A stretch of 64,000 bases of DNA from Macrostomum lignano (Eukaryota). The notes beneath the pieces were generated by a model, which worked only from the letters and a program-made list of their open reading frames with translations, did not search any database and was not told where the DNA came from. Location of the stretch: the NCBI GenBank assembly GCA_002269645.1, contig NIVC01001837.1:62001-126000 (forward strand), given 5' to 3'. Each line of letters starts with the position of its first letter. Position 1 is the first letter of the stretch. Made by a program: the position numbers and the translations under genes. Of this stretch, positions 35,350 through 49,833 are shown one piece after another.

Positions 35350-35900
35350 AAGACAGCAAGCATCCCCCCAGTAGCAAGCACCCTCCTCCAAAAGTAAACA
35401 ACCGCAGATAGCAAGCATCCCCTAATACTCCTAGCAAGTATCCACCCAGATAGCAAGCATCCCCTAATACTCCTAGCAAGTATCCACCTAGATAGCAAGC
35501 ATCCCCTAATACTCCTAGCAAGTATCCACCCAGATAGCAAGCATCCCCTAATACTCCTAGCAAGTATCCACCTAGATAGCAAGCATCCCCTAATACTCCT
35601 AGCAAGCATCCACCCAGATAGCAAGCATCTTGCAGATAGCAAGCATCCCCCAAATAGAAGCATCCCCCGGATAAAAGCATCCACCCAGATAGCAAGCATC
35701 CCCCAAATAATGTAGAAGCATCCTTTCAGATAGCAAGCATCCCCCAAATAATGTAGAAGCATCCTTTCAGATAGCAAGCATCCCCCAAATAATGTAGAAG
35801 CATCCTTTCAGATAGCAAGCATCCCCCAAATAATGTAGAAGCATCCTTCCAGATAGCAAGCATCCTGCACATAGCAAGAATTCCTAAATAGCAAGCATCC
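35350..35900. repeat. 41/42-bp minisatellites built on TAGCAAGCATCCCC
   Basis: Two adjacent sub-arrays visible. Confidence 0.9.
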
Positions 35901-35954
35901 CTGGATAGAAATAATCCTATACATGTAGCCAAGCTTATCAAGCGCAGTAATTCT

Positions 35955-36530
35955 TGGCTATGGAGTGAAGTAATCCTTGGTTTATTAAGACCAATAATCT
36001 TTGGCTTATCGAGTGCAGTAATCCTTGGTTTATTAATAGCAATAATCCTTGGCTTATCGAGTGCAGTAATCTTTGGTTTTCTAAGTGCAGTAATCCTTGG
36101 TTTATTAATAGCAATAATCCTTGGCTTATCGAGTGCAGTAATCTTTGGTTTTCTAAGTGCAGTAATCCTTGGTTTATTAATAGCTATAATACTTGGCTTA
36201 TCGAGTGCAGTAATCCTTGGTTTTCCAAGTGCAGTAATCCTTGGTTTATTAAGAGAAATAATCCTTGGCTTATTGAGTGCAGTAATCCTTGGTTTATTAA
36301 TAGCAATAATCCTTGGCTTCTCGAGTGCAGTAATCCTTTGTTTTCCAATTGCAGTAATCCTTGGTTTATAAAGAGCAATAATCCTTGGCTTATCGAGTGC
36401 AGTAATCCTTGGTTTATTAATAGCAATAATCCTTGGCTTCTCGAGTGCAGTAATCCTTTGTTTTCCAATTGCAGTAATCCTTGGTTTATAAAGAGCAATA
36501 ATCCTTGGCTTATCGAGTGCAGTAATCTAA
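35955..36530. repeat. ~24-bp-subunit compound minisatellite (GCAGTAATCCTTGG core)
   Basis: Directly visible. Confidence 0.9.
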
Positions 36531-37039
36531 GTTTTGTTTTATTAAAGGACTAAATGTTTTATTAAAGGACTAAATATTTAATAAAAGCTTTTAATAAAAA
36601 ATTTTACACTACTACTTTTAAACTACTTAGATTCGAAACCAGGTCGCTGCATTAGCAGTCTAGCTCTTCAGCTCTAGGCTAGCTCTCATCGAAGTTATCA
36701 GTGAATTTGTACCACTTATATAATTCAACACTCATACCAAGTCAGGTAGAGTAAAAAGTCACACAAAGCAGTTATGACATAATCAATTTCTTAGGCAAGT
36801 CAGTACCAGTGTCTATGAAAGTTAACAAATGGTTACGTAATATAAATTGGGTACTGCGCTATGCTTTTACACTCAAAGCTGTGATGAAATTCAATTGAGT
36901 GTCAAATTCAGCCAGTACACAGACGATAAATAAAGTGTAAATTGTGATGCAATCCATTTTAGAATTTAGAATTCAACTAGTCACTTTTTCTGCTAGCATT
37001 CTTACAATGCATTTCAAGTCGAAAGAGCTGCTTGACCTT

Positions 37040-37185
37040 TGCAAAAAAGCATGTTTTTCGAATATTTAATCCCTTTAGCATCAAGCAATTTCTTAGCAAC
37101 GATGCATGTACCATCACGGAAAAATTTCTGATCGAATGGTGCAAATTTGAAGAAAATCAGTTGAGCCGTTTTTGCTAAAATCGAT
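37040..37185 (+). mobile_element. Dispersed repeat, second copy at ~60395-60540; Helentron/DINE-like non-autonomous element suspected
   Basis: GCAAAAAAGCATGTTTTT...GCAATTTCTTAGC...ACCATCAC...ATGGTGCAA is shared by both loci. This copy is followed by a CA microsatellite, as in DINE/HINE elements. Family assignment is inference. Confidence 0.55.
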
Positions 37186-37729
37186 CACACACACACACAC
37201 ACACACAATCACGCACCGGGCACTTGTTGGTACGGTATACAATGGTGGGCACTTATTTTGCAATTTTTTTTGACACACGAAAACACACACATACACACAG
37301 TGCAATGACCTATTAAGTATTTTTAGCATTTAAATGATGAAAAAAAGCATACATTGAAATAAAAAAGCACGTCCCATACTAATAGTATGATCTATTGAAA
37401 GTGAAGTAATAGCGTAACATCGTGTAACTATATTGTCCTCAGTCCAGCGAATTCAGCATTACTTGAAATACAAAAGGCTTCGTTAAAGCCAATCCACATG
37501 AAGGAAAACTAGTTACAAGCAGTCTATTTACCTTTACCTTTACTAATACGCTATAATGCTGTACGCAATATGCCTGACTAATATGAATAAAAAATTCAAT
37601 TTCACTTGCGCTTAGAAAAAAACCTAAAATTGACAGTGAAACTGAAAAACTGAAACGCAGAGATTAGTTAAGCAGATTAAACAACAAATTCCGGTCGAGT
37701 GAGAAAACAGGAGTCTCGTTATTTAGAGC

Positions 37730-40700
37730 ACTCTGGCATTCAGCATTACGCTCGTAGTCTATTAGCTGCTCTCCTGAGTTCGAAGCTGACAGGTCAGTTG
37801 CAGTCGGAATCGATTGAGTCGACTGCCAATTTAGTCAATGGGTTTCGTTTCTTCTTTTCACTGGAACCTGTGGTGGGATTAGCAAAAGATCGATTTCGCA
37901 TATCGATTTAGTGATTTCAAGGACGACAAAATCATTCTTCTCTGCATGTCAGCTCCAGAAGATGCTAGTTTGCTTGCAGCTTTCTGTAGGAGCATTCTAC
38001 TTTAGTAAAGTGTACCCATTCTAAAATAAGCTGTTTTTAATATGTCCCAACAAGTCTCTGTGCAGTGTGTCATCCGTTTGCCCATCAATTTGTTCTGGAG
38101 CCCTTTATTAATTGAGTTCTTTAGGTGACTTAACAAATGCGGAAAAAACTAGACACACACACAGTGGCCCAACACTTCGTGTCCCAATAATTGCTAGGAA
38201 AAATGCACTGCAGTGTTTAAGCATCTCCTCTGAGGGGCCCTTGCATGCATAGCTATAGAATCTGCTAAGACCCGATCTGAGAGTTAAAAGTACAAAAAGT
38301 TATAACGCTTCTAGACACGAAAACGAATGCAGCCACAGCATGAACTAACCTTTCATTGAAGCTTCTGCTTAAGACTTTGATGCTGTGAAGCATTCTGGCA
38401 TCTAGCATTACTCTCGTAGTCGATTAGCTGCTCTCCTGAGTTCGAAGCTGACAGGTCAGTTGCAGTCGGAATCGATTGAGTCGACTGCCAATTTAGTCAA
38501 TGGGTTTCGTTTCTTCTTTTCACTGGAACCTGTGGTGGGATTAGCAAAAGATCGATTTCGCATATCGATTTAGTGATTTCAAGGACGACAAAATCATTCT
38601 TCTCTGCATGTCAGCTCCAGAAGATGCTAGTTTGCTTGCAGCTTTCTGTAGGAGCATTCTACTTTAGTAAAGTGTACCCATTCTAAAATAAGCTGTTTTT
38701 AATATGTCCCAACAAGTCTCTGTGCAGTGTGTCATCCGTTTGCCCATCAATTTGTTCTGGAGCCCTTTATTAATTGAGTTCTTTAGGTGACTTAACAAAT
38801 GCGGAAAAAACTAGACACACACACAGTGGCCCAACACTTCGTGTCCCAATAATTGCTAGGAAAAATGCACTGCAGTGTTTAAGCATCTCCTCTGAGAGGC
38901 CCTTGCATGCATAGCTATAGAATCTGCTAAGACCCGATCTGAGAGTTAAAAGTACAAAAAGTTATAACGCTTCTAGACACGAAAACGAATGCAGCCACAG
39001 CATGAACTAACCTTTCATTGAAGCTTCTGCTTAAGACTTTGATGCTGTGAAGCATTCTGGCATCTAGCATTACTCTCGTAGTCGATTAGCTGCTCTCCTG
39101 AGTTCGAAGCTGACAGGTCCGTTGCAGTCGGAATCGATTGAGTCGACTGCCAATTTAGTCAATGGGTTTCGTTTCTTCTTTTCACTGGAACCTGTGGTGG
39201 GATTAGCAAAAGATCGATTTCGCATATCTGTTTAGTGATTTCAAGGACGACAAAATCATTCTTCTCTGCATGTCAGCTCCAGAAGATGCTAGTTTGCTTG
39301 CAGCTTTCTGTAGGAGCATTCTACTTTAGTAAAGTGTACCCATTCTAAAATAAGCTGTTTTTAATATGTCCCAACAAGTCTCTGTGCAGTGTGTCATCCG
39401 TTTGCCCATCAATTTGTTCTGGAGCCCTTTATTAATTGAGTTCTTTAGGTGACTTAACAAATGCGGAAAAAACTAGACACACACACAGTGGCCCAACACT
39501 TCGTGTCCCAATAATTGCTAGGAAAAATGCACTGCAGTGTTTAAGCATCTCTTCTGAGGGGCCCTTGCATGCATAGCTATAGAATCTGCTAAGACCCGAT
39601 CTGAGAGTTAAAAGTACAAAAAGTTATAACGCTTCTAGACACGAAAACGAATGCAGCCACAGCATGAACTAACCTTTCATTGAAGCTTCTGCTTAAGACT
39701 TTGATGCTGTGAAGCATTCTGGCATCTAGCATTACTCTCGTAGTCGATTAGCTGCTCTCCTGAGTTCGAAGCTGACAGGTCAGTTGCAGTCGGAATCGAT
39801 TGAGTCGACTGCCAATTTAGTCAATGGGTTTCGTTTCTTCTTTTCACTGGAACCTGTGGTGGGATTAGCAAAAGATCGATTTCGCATATCGATTTAGTGA
39901 TTTCAAGGACGACAAAATCATTCTTCTCTGCATGTCAGCTCCAGAAGATGCTAGTTTGCTTGCAGCTTTCTGTAGGAGCATTCTACTTTAGTAAAGTGTA
40001 CCCATTCTAAAATAAGCTGTTTTTAATATGTCCCAACAAGTCTCTGTGCAGTGTGTCATCCGTTTGCCCATCAATTTGTTCTGGAGCCCTTTATTAATTG
40101 AGTTCTTTAGGTGACTTAACAAATGCGGAAAAAACTAGACACACACACAGTGGCCCAACACTTCGTGTCCCAATAATTGCTAGGAAAAATGCACTGCAGT
40201 GTTTAAGCATCTCCTCTGAGGGGCCCTTGCATGCATAGCTATAGAATCTGCTAAGACCCGATCTGAGAGTTAAAAGTACAAAAAGTTATAACGCTTCTAG
40301 ACACGAAAACGAATGCAGCCACAGCATGAACTAACCTTTCATTGAAGCTTCTGCTTAAGACTTTGATGCTGTGAAGCATTCTGGCATCTAGCATTACTCT
40401 CGTAGTCGATTAGCTGCTCTCCTGAGTTCGAAGCTGACAGGTCAGTTGCAGTCGGAATCGATTGAGTCGACTGCCAATTTAGTCAATGGGTTTCGTTTCT
40501 TCTTTTCACTGGAACCTGTGGTGGGATTAGCAAAAGATCGATTTCGCATATCGATTTAGTGATTTCAAGGACGACAAAATCATTCTTCTCTGCATGTCAG
40601 CTCCAGAAGATGCTAGTTTGCTTGCAGCTTTCTGTAGGAGCATTCTACTTTAGTAAAGTGTACCCATTCTAAAATAAGCTGTTTTTAATATGTCCCAACA

Positions 40701-41608
40701 AGTCTCTGTGCAGTGTGTCATCCGTTTGCCCATCAATTTGTTCTGGAGCCCTTTATTAATTGAGTTCTTTAGGTGACTTAACAAATGCGGAAAAAACTAG
40801 ACACACACACAGTGGCCCAACACTTCGTGTCCCAATAATTGCTAGGAAAAATGCACTGCAGTGTTTAAGCATCTCCTCTGAGGGGCCCTTGCATGCATAG
40901 CTATAGAATCTGCTAAGACCCGATCTGAGAGTTAAAAGTACAAAAAGTTATAACGCTTCTAGACACGAAAACGAATGCAGCCACAGCATGAACTAACCTT
41001 TCATTGAAGCTTCTGCTTAAGACTTTGATGCTGTGAAGCATTCTGGCATCTAGCATTACTCTCGTAGTCGATTAGCTGCTCTCCTGAGTTCGAAGCTGAC
41101 AGGTCAGTTGCAGTCGGAATCGATTGAGTCGACTGCCAATTTAGTCAATGGGTTTCGTTTCTTCTTTTCACTGGAACCTGTGGTGGGATTTGCAAAAGAT
41201 CGATTTCGCATATCGATTTAGTGATTTCAAGGACGACAAAATCATTCTTCTCTGCATGTCAGCTCCAGAAGATGCTAGTTTGCTTGCAGCTTTCTGTAGG
41301 AGCATTCTACTTTAGTAAAGTATACCCATTCTAAAATAAGCTGTTTTTAATATGTCCCAACAAGTCTCTGTGCAGTGTGTCATCCGTTTGCCCATCAATT
41401 TGTTCTGGAGCCCTTTATTAATTGAGTTCTTTAGGTGACTTAACAAATGCGGAAAAAACTAGACACACACACAGTGGCCCAACACTTCGTGTCCCAATAA
41501 TTGCTAGGAAAAATGCACTGCAGTGTTTAAGCATCTCTTCTGAGGGGCCCTTGCATGCATAGCTATAGAATCTGCTAAGACCCGATCTGAGAGTTAAAAG
41601 TACAAAAC
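37730..41608. repeat. Tandem array of a 662-bp unit, ~5.9 near-identical copies
   Basis: Marker CATTAC(T/G)CTCGTAGT at 37744, 38406, 39068, 39730, 40392 and 41054 (period exactly 662); only scattered single-base differences. Confidence 0.97.
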
Positions 41609-42802
41609 TTATAATTTTTGTGGTTGGACACGTAGGCTATTGAATGTCAATGGATTCAGACGAAATGTCAAGTTTTACTCAAAGCTTTTACAGCTTACCG
41701 GTTAAAGTCGACGGATCCTTTGGCAATTGCGCCACATGGCAGTTGATCAAAGGTGATATACCTGAAGTAAAGGTAGGTACTGCTTAGCAGGAGCAGTCTT
41801 TTTTATAGCATTTAAACATAAATGCTTCTTGTTTCCGACAAAGTTTTTTAATACCACTTACATGTTTATCGCTGTGCCATTCCATGCTGTTCTTTCCATA
41901 CCATGGTGACTCGGGTGCCATGGCAGAGGCAGAGTTGACCATTGATTTCAGCATGGCGAGTACATGCCAATTTTGTTTACCGTACGTTTGCGGGGTGGCG
42001 TCAATAATAGACCAAAATAAATGTACACTTAACTAGCAAGGGGACTCTGGTAAATTGGAGCCATGTACACAGGGGGGTAGGGCTTAGTCCTAACATGTAC
42101 GGGGTAAGTCCTAATATGAGTGGGCTTTTGTAAACGACACTCTAGCACACAGTTCCAACAATTTATAGAATATCGAATGCGCGCAGCAGTCAATAGCATG
42201 AGTCCTAACAAGAGTGGGCTGTTGTATTCAACACTGCAACACTGTCCTAACAATTTAGTTCGTGTAGAGTACTGATGCCCATCACAGTCAGAAGTAAATT
42301 TAAGCCCTTGTCATTTCTTTAGGTTTATCTCCATCCAAAACCATCCTTTGACAATAAAATACCCTTAAAAGTGTTTTGCTATGCTTTGCTTTGTATGTAT
42401 TTTAATGTATGCTATGTATTTACGTCTTAAAACAAAGACTGCAGCAAATGAATGCGCTTGAAATCTACTATTAGTAAAAATATGAGAAAAAACCAATAAA
42501 AATATGCGGGAGCAGATTAGCCATTTCAGTGTCCCAATAGTGATTTGGTCGAATTTTGTATCATTTTTCCTTATTGGGACGCCAGTTTTTGCTTATTTAT
42601 TGACACAGCAAGTAAAATTATTAAAAATGAGTTGCACCATCAAAAAGAGGCTGTCGAGCTGAATCCATAGAGTATTTTTTTGAGCTGCTGTGGTAACTTT
42701 TTTGGAAGTGTTGGACGGACTTGATGGGACAGTCCCAACATTTTTTTTGGCCCAACAGTGCGGGTCCCGTTGTAGGCGTATGGCCCAACAAATGCCCCGT
42801 GC

Positions 42803-42856
<54 letters not shown>

Positions 42857-45800
42857 ACCATTTTTAGTTTAGACAAAAAAACAAAATGTTGATTTAAAAG
42901 AAACATTTTCTATTGAAACAATCCTTATTAAGTAGTGAACATACAATAAAAGATGCATATTGAACATATAAAATAAAATAAAACTTGCATTATTTCATAT
43001 TTTTTTGTCATTTTATTTTCCATTGCAAAAAATACCAAATTGCTAGATTTCATCTTAAATATTTGGTTTCTTGTGGTTTTAATGGTAGTTTTTTATTTAA
43101 ATTGATGAAAGAATTGTTTTTTGCAAAATAATTACTTTATTCAAAAACTTTTTTTCTGTACTAAAACATCATGATCTTAATTTGAGAATTATCTATATAC
43201 CATTTTGGTATGCTGTATATATATACCTTGTATGCTAGAAGTTTTCTAGGTGTAAGAACTAAAGTTTTAAACCTTTATAGCACTCAAGTTTTAGCATATG
43301 GATTAGTCATAATAGTGCCTATAGTGGTACTGGTACCTCATAATAAGTCAATTTTTGTTATTAGGCCTAATTAAAATTAACTACTAGTCAATAACAATAC
43401 ATTAATTATTACATTATTTAACACAAATTTGTTAGGCCACAGCTGAGAAAGGGTCATCCCCTCCCCTCTCAACTGCGTCCGCCCTAGCTGCGTGGCAATG
43501 TTTGTTTGTAACTTACTGTAACAAGCTGTTTCTTTAATCTAGTTGGATTATCAGATTTCTTCGAAAAAGCATAACTTGAAATTTACTGGTATACTTATAA
43601 AGTATAACACGAGAAAAAATAAGAAAACACTCATCTTAGATAATAAAAGACCTGATAACTCTCTGAATCATTTTGTCTAGAAATTCTTACTGTTTTAATT
43701 AAGATCGTTCAAGAAAACATGGCAAAGTTTGTGATAAGTATGAACTATGAAGTTTTAAATCAAGGAAAATATCGTGAAAAATGGGCATGCATGCATGCAT
43801 ACCATGGTCAGGAAGGTGCAGCGTGTGCGCCGGAATAACATCCATCAAAATTTTTGTTGTGCGCCGCGTGCGCCGAGAAAAAAAATTACTTGTGCGCGCC
43901 ATGCGCCGAGAAAAATACACTTGAAAAAGCACCATCAAGTATTAAGTATCTAAATTGAATCAATACCAATGGAAGTTCAAGCAGTTGAATCATGGCTTCT
44001 ATTTGCAAAATATAAGCAAAAAGGCGCAACAAAAGCCGCAAAAGGCGCAAATTTGTTAAAATTTGCAATCGTTAAAAGCTACGATTAATGAAATTTGAAA
44101 TAGAAGCAACATTGGAAATACGACTATCGTATGGGTCGTTCTCAAAGCTAGGTCACAACTTTTTGTTATTGCAAAAAAAGTTTATACATCGACCAATAAT
44201 CGTACCAAAAAAATTATTTCGACAATTTCTGTAAGAAGCTGCTACTAAAACCACAAGAAAACTTGAAATTGAGAAGAAATCAAGGCTATTTGTTATTCTT
44301 TGTTGCGGAAAATAAACGACAAAAATATTAAAGAGAAAATAAAATTTTCTTCTATTTTTATTTTAAATATGCAGTTAAATTTATTTTGCAAAAATAAAAG
44401 AACAAGAAATTGACAAAGGAAATGTTTTTGAGCACAGCATTTTGTTACTCTGCTCTAAATCCCAGACATTTAAAATTATCGTGTGCGAAAAAGTGCGAAA
44501 TTATTATAGCATGCACTCGAAAGGACTTCGATCAGTTTAACTAATCACTGAATTAAGAAGTCTAAATAAGTCTTGAAAGGTTGAATTAAAAATCAAGTTT
44601 TCACTATGTATCTTTTCAAAGTCAAGATGATTCGACAAATAAAGAATGTTCATTTTTACGGTGAACAGAATTGTTCATTTTTACATTAAATATAATAAAA
44701 TCTAACTAATAATAGAAAAAGTCAGGGAACTATCCTTGAACACCAAAGAGCAAATTGTGGATTTAATATCAACTGCATGTTCCTTAATAAAGGAATTCGG
44801 ATACTAGTATATATTTTATTTTTTGTAGCATAATTTCTGAAAACTATAACTTGCTTGATTTTACTTTAAGTACTTATTACATTAATACTTATACCAAAGC
44901 TACATGTACTTAAAATAAAAAATTATAGTTACTTATTAGACATTTTACTCCAATTAACTTAAAATAATTCAAATTTATTTTAATTAATTCATTTTTTGAA
45001 ACTTTTTGGAAAATAGACAAGATTGAATTATTTAATTACCAAAAACCTACTAGCTTAACTAAAATAGCAATTTGTCTTTAAGAAAAGATTTCACTTGTTA
45101 ATTGAGAAAAATGAGGATGTGCGAGGTGTAAAAATGCGAAAGAGCATGCAGGAAACAGAGACAAACAAAAATGTAGGTAAAAGACACTGCACATGCACAT
45201 AATATGATAACCAGACATAATGCGCACACTGAAACACCAGTAGCAATGACGCCCAAGCTTTTGATGATCACAAGCGAAAAGGCAAAACCCAGCCATCAAT
45301 CAAAGAAGTAGACTTTAGCACGCATCTTGAGTGCATCACGCATTTTTTGCAGAGAAGCTCGAAAATTAACATTGTATTCTGTGCACAACCACCAACTGCG
45401 ACAGGGTCTGCCGGGGGATTTGTGGGCACGCAGTCGCGGATACAAATCGGAGGAGTCGCTGACCATTCTGAAATGACTAGCTAGTACATGTAATTTTGTG
45501 TATTAATATATTCAGTCCGCTTTATTTCTATGCTCTCGTCCGCCTCTCGTTAATGCATCCCCAGACTCTTGCAATAATAAAACCTATGATCGACCTATGC
45601 ATGGCTTCCGTCCCTCGCTTTGAATCTCTCACCTCCCCATAGTTCCATCAACCTTACCTTAGTGGCTTCCTATGCAAAAATCATCCCTCCGCATCTTACA
45701 CAGGCTACTTCAGGCTGTAGACTGTACTACACTTTTACTTCAGTAATTAGTTGCGCTATAAGGAATCTACATGTATTTTGCTCGCAGCGCAGCGCGCTGC

Positions 45801-48800
45801 TCAAAGAAGTTTAGTTCTATCTAGATATTCTAGTAATTTCAGGTTTGTCCATAGACTAGAGCTCATGAGATGAGAATTCCATTAACTAGTACATTTAATA
45901 TGAATGAACTGCGTGTGTGTGTGCTGTGCATTCATATGTATAATATACGAGTAGTTTATGGGCCAAATTATTGTGTGGCACAATTCTTGGCATCACTCAG
46001 CAGGCACAAGATGCAGTTAAGCAGCGCACGAAAATTCTACAAAAGAAATTGAGCCTGGTTGAGGTGATGCGAGGAGGCAGATCCACACAATCTCAGTGAA
46101 TACACCAGACTGCACCAGATACGAGTCCAGTCGAATGTGCGCACTGGTCTAAGCAGCACACGCATGTCCTTCTGACAATGACGGCACCTAGCTTCGTCCA
46201 AGCCTTTGCCAGCGTCACTGACAGCGTCAATACTACCATGCAGTGCCACCTGCAGCACCGACAACGGCAATTCCTCCAGTTAGCCCACTACAGTGGCTAA
46301 ACTGAGGGACAGGGAACCTACCCACAGAAGACACACACATACACACACAGCACCGGCAGCAGCACTCTGACAGCATAACCTAAAGCTCCATGAGCTCAGT
46401 TTTCAAGCATTGAAGAAGCAGAAGCAGTCATCTTGGATCCAGGGATCAGGAAGAGTGTTGCATGTCCGACATGTGCTGTTTCCGTGGCAAAAGGTGATGG
46501 AGCAAATTAATCAACACTTACTATCTAGCTCGTATTAAGACTAAAAAACTGAGGCAAGCTGGGATTAAACCAAAGAAAATTTTTTACTATACTTTTTTAC
46601 CATATACTTTTACTATACTTCTATAGTATAGTAGAGAGGAACTCTATTTAAATGCAGTAAGAAGTGAAACAAATTTATATATTTAATTATTAAATTAAAT
46701 TAATTCAAGGTAAATAACTAATTTAACCAATTTATTAGGAGTATTTATTATTATAATAAATTGATTTTTATACCTTACACGAAATAAGCTCTACATTCAT
46801 TTCTTAGCTTGGGGCCCATCTGTATAAGGTCAGTTTCTTCAAAATGCTGATTAATTAATTAAGGCCTGTTGTCTTTACTTAAATTTATAAGGGCATCTTA
46901 GAAGTTAATATTACTATATAATACATGTATAATAGTATTACTATATTATAGTAATATAGTTGCAATTTTAATGACTATTGAATAAGTTTAAATGCTTCCC
47001 CTATTGACTCTAAATATATGGTATCTTTCCCTTCAGAAAAAATTAGCATAGAATGACTTGATGAAAACAAAAAAAATCATTTCGAGATACACATTTGCTG
47101 ATCATTCAGGTCAAATTTCAAGGTCCAGTTTTGCACATGTTTCTCTGTAGCTTGGTTACAAGGATTTTAATAAAAATATAATAAATATGTCCAATGAACT
47201 AACTGATACATAGCCAAATTGTAGTATTTTCAAAAACAAAAAAAATCATTTGCTCAGTTTACTTTACTGGATATCTTTGTAAAATTTCAGCTCAAAAGGT
47301 GCTCCATGGAGAATGCTAGTGTGGTTACAGGATATTTATTTTGTGCTTCAAAGTAGGAGTTTATTGCGATGCATGGTTGCTTTTAATTATTTTTATCAAC
47401 AATAGTGCTCTATTTCATAACAATTTTTTACAAAAAGATAATAAGACATGTTTTTCTAATTATCTGCATCAAAATGTATCATTTTAAGCACGCATTCTAG
47501 ACGTCAGCCGAAAAATACATTTTGTGAGACGCAAAGAGGCTATCCCACCGGAAATGCTAGGCGTACAGTTAAAGCGTCTATAAAATCATTTGTAGTGCAG
47601 TTTATTGAGCTTTAAAAAATTCTTAAATTAAATTTATATAAGCTTTCATTTTAAATGTAATATAGCAAGGTTTCAACACAACAACAACTTTTTTTAGCTA
47701 CAGACATCTTGTAGTATCAAAAATTAACATCGGTGAAATGATTGAATTTGAATTTTTTCATCGCTAATTATCGCTTAATACCGCCAGATGATTAAAAACA
47801 CTTTTGTATGATAAAGTTCAACCCAAAAATTATCTTTATTGACAGATAAAAGTGTCCTATTATTTTTAATATCGCAGTAACAATAGTAAATGTTCGGAAA
47901 ATTGTTAAAATTTTTGCTCCTCCTAGAATTTGCGAACGACCCGTATTGACTATCGTTTATTCTATTGATTGATTGACATTTAATATACGTTTTTTTTATT
48001 ATTCATTATTATATTGTCACTTACACTGACGTACCTTGTGCACCATGCGCCGAGCCATGCACCGATGCACCGAGCCATGCGCCGATGCGCCGAGCCCATG
48101 CGCGCGGCGCAGTGAAGTGTGCGCCGTGCGCCGGCAAATTGCTGATTTGCGCCGGAAAATTCCGAGGATTCTACCGTCTTCCTGGCTGTGGCATGCATAG
48201 ATGCAAGTTCATTGTGATGTGTATGTGTATCTGGCTGAGCCTGGCTCTGACAGATAGGGACATTGTAGATTATTTCTCAAAGGTTTGATAGTGATATTCT
48301 CAAAAGGTTTTTTTGTTGATTTAAATTCAACACGACCAAGTGCTTTAAAATGAAAGCAGCAAAGCAATAAAAGAAAGCTTACAAACTCACGGGTCTCACG
48401 CATGAGTCACGCCTTTGAGCACTAAATTAACATTAACACGTAGTAGGGTGTAGACTAGGTAGTATGTCTAAACTAGTTGCAATGCAATGCCTCAAATTAA
48501 ATTAATCTCTAAAGTCTAGCACTTAGCTTTTCATGTTTGTTAAAAAGCAGAATGGCTTAATTTTACTTGTAGAAATAATTGATTTTGATACTGTACACTC
48601 TTATCAACCCCTGCCCGGTGCCCCGCCTCACTCCAATGTACACTCTTATCACAGTTTATTTAATAAATTTATATTTGAATTGCAATATTAATATTGTTTC
48701 TAAGCAGTATTTAAATTGCATGGTCTATTGTTTAAATTTAATGGATATTTGATTTAAAATATAATTATAATTAAATTATGTATAGTTATAGTATAGGCTA

Positions 48801-49833
48801 TAGCTACTAAAGTCTAGAACTAGATTTTAGATAAGTAAATTTTTGGCATCAATTTAGATCTAATAGATGGTAGCACTCAAATTGATTTCAGTTTAGTTCA
48901 TTCTTCAATATTATATAATTGATTAATAAATAATTTAGACTAGATACTAGAAAGAGCTTATATAAAAAACTAGGCCTAGGATATAATAAATCTAAATAGT
49001 ATGCATACTAGAACTAGATCACTTGACTTATTAATATCAAGAATTAAAACTTTTTATATTTTACTTTTAGAAAGTATATTTAAATAGACCTTACTAATTT
49101 TGCTTGTTTATTCTAGAGAAAATCTTGTTTATTACTCTAATATTAAGTTTATACATGTGTAACCTTGGAAATCACTTAGCCATTTCTATTGGCAACATAC
49201 ATGTAAGTTGCTATTGGCTGAGAATTGGTTAGTCTAGAAAAGACTACTATTCTATCCAATAGCAACTTATATTGCTTTTTGTTATTGCACTGTATGTTGC
49301 CAATAGAAACAACTAGGTGAATCCCTAGGTTGTGCCCAAATATGATTTAGTTTTTTATAAGTCTACCTTGAAATTTTTTTAAATACAACTTTTGAATTTA
49401 AATAAGTTATTAAATGACTGCACTTAGCCAATCATTATCACTACTTATGCTATTTTGTTTAGCTGAGGAATTCCCATATAATTGACTCTATATTAATATT
49501 GTGGCTGGGGCCAAATTATAACAAATAGCTCTTTAACTATGAGTATAGTAGACAAAATGCAAATATGCTAGAGAAAGCTAGTTCCCTAATCCCTTGTTAT
49601 GGACACTAGCTTTGGTATATTGGTATATGTTTTTTATCTATACTAAATGGCTATCAGCAAAAATATCATTTGGCTATAATTGGGCAAAAAACATGAAAAT
49701 ATTATAAGTGGGCTATGTCTAGGCATAGTTGGGATCTAGTAAACATTGAATGGGACTTCACTATTAATCGTGAGATGGACCAATATGACAGCTGATTTAA
49801 TTCCAGCTTGCTTTATCTGAACCTCTAAAGGCC

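Noticed and set aside
36620-36690. tRNA-like A/B boxes on the minus strand
   Set aside because: No complete cloverleaf; at most a decayed SINE head.
38086-38100. AATTTGTTCTGG in each 662-bp unit resembling a U7-type Sm site
   Set aside because: No following stem-loop or other snRNA/SL features visible.
46037-46270. 77-aa GC-richer ORF with CRHC
   Set aside because: No recognisable family, no convincing splice partners, non-ATG start.
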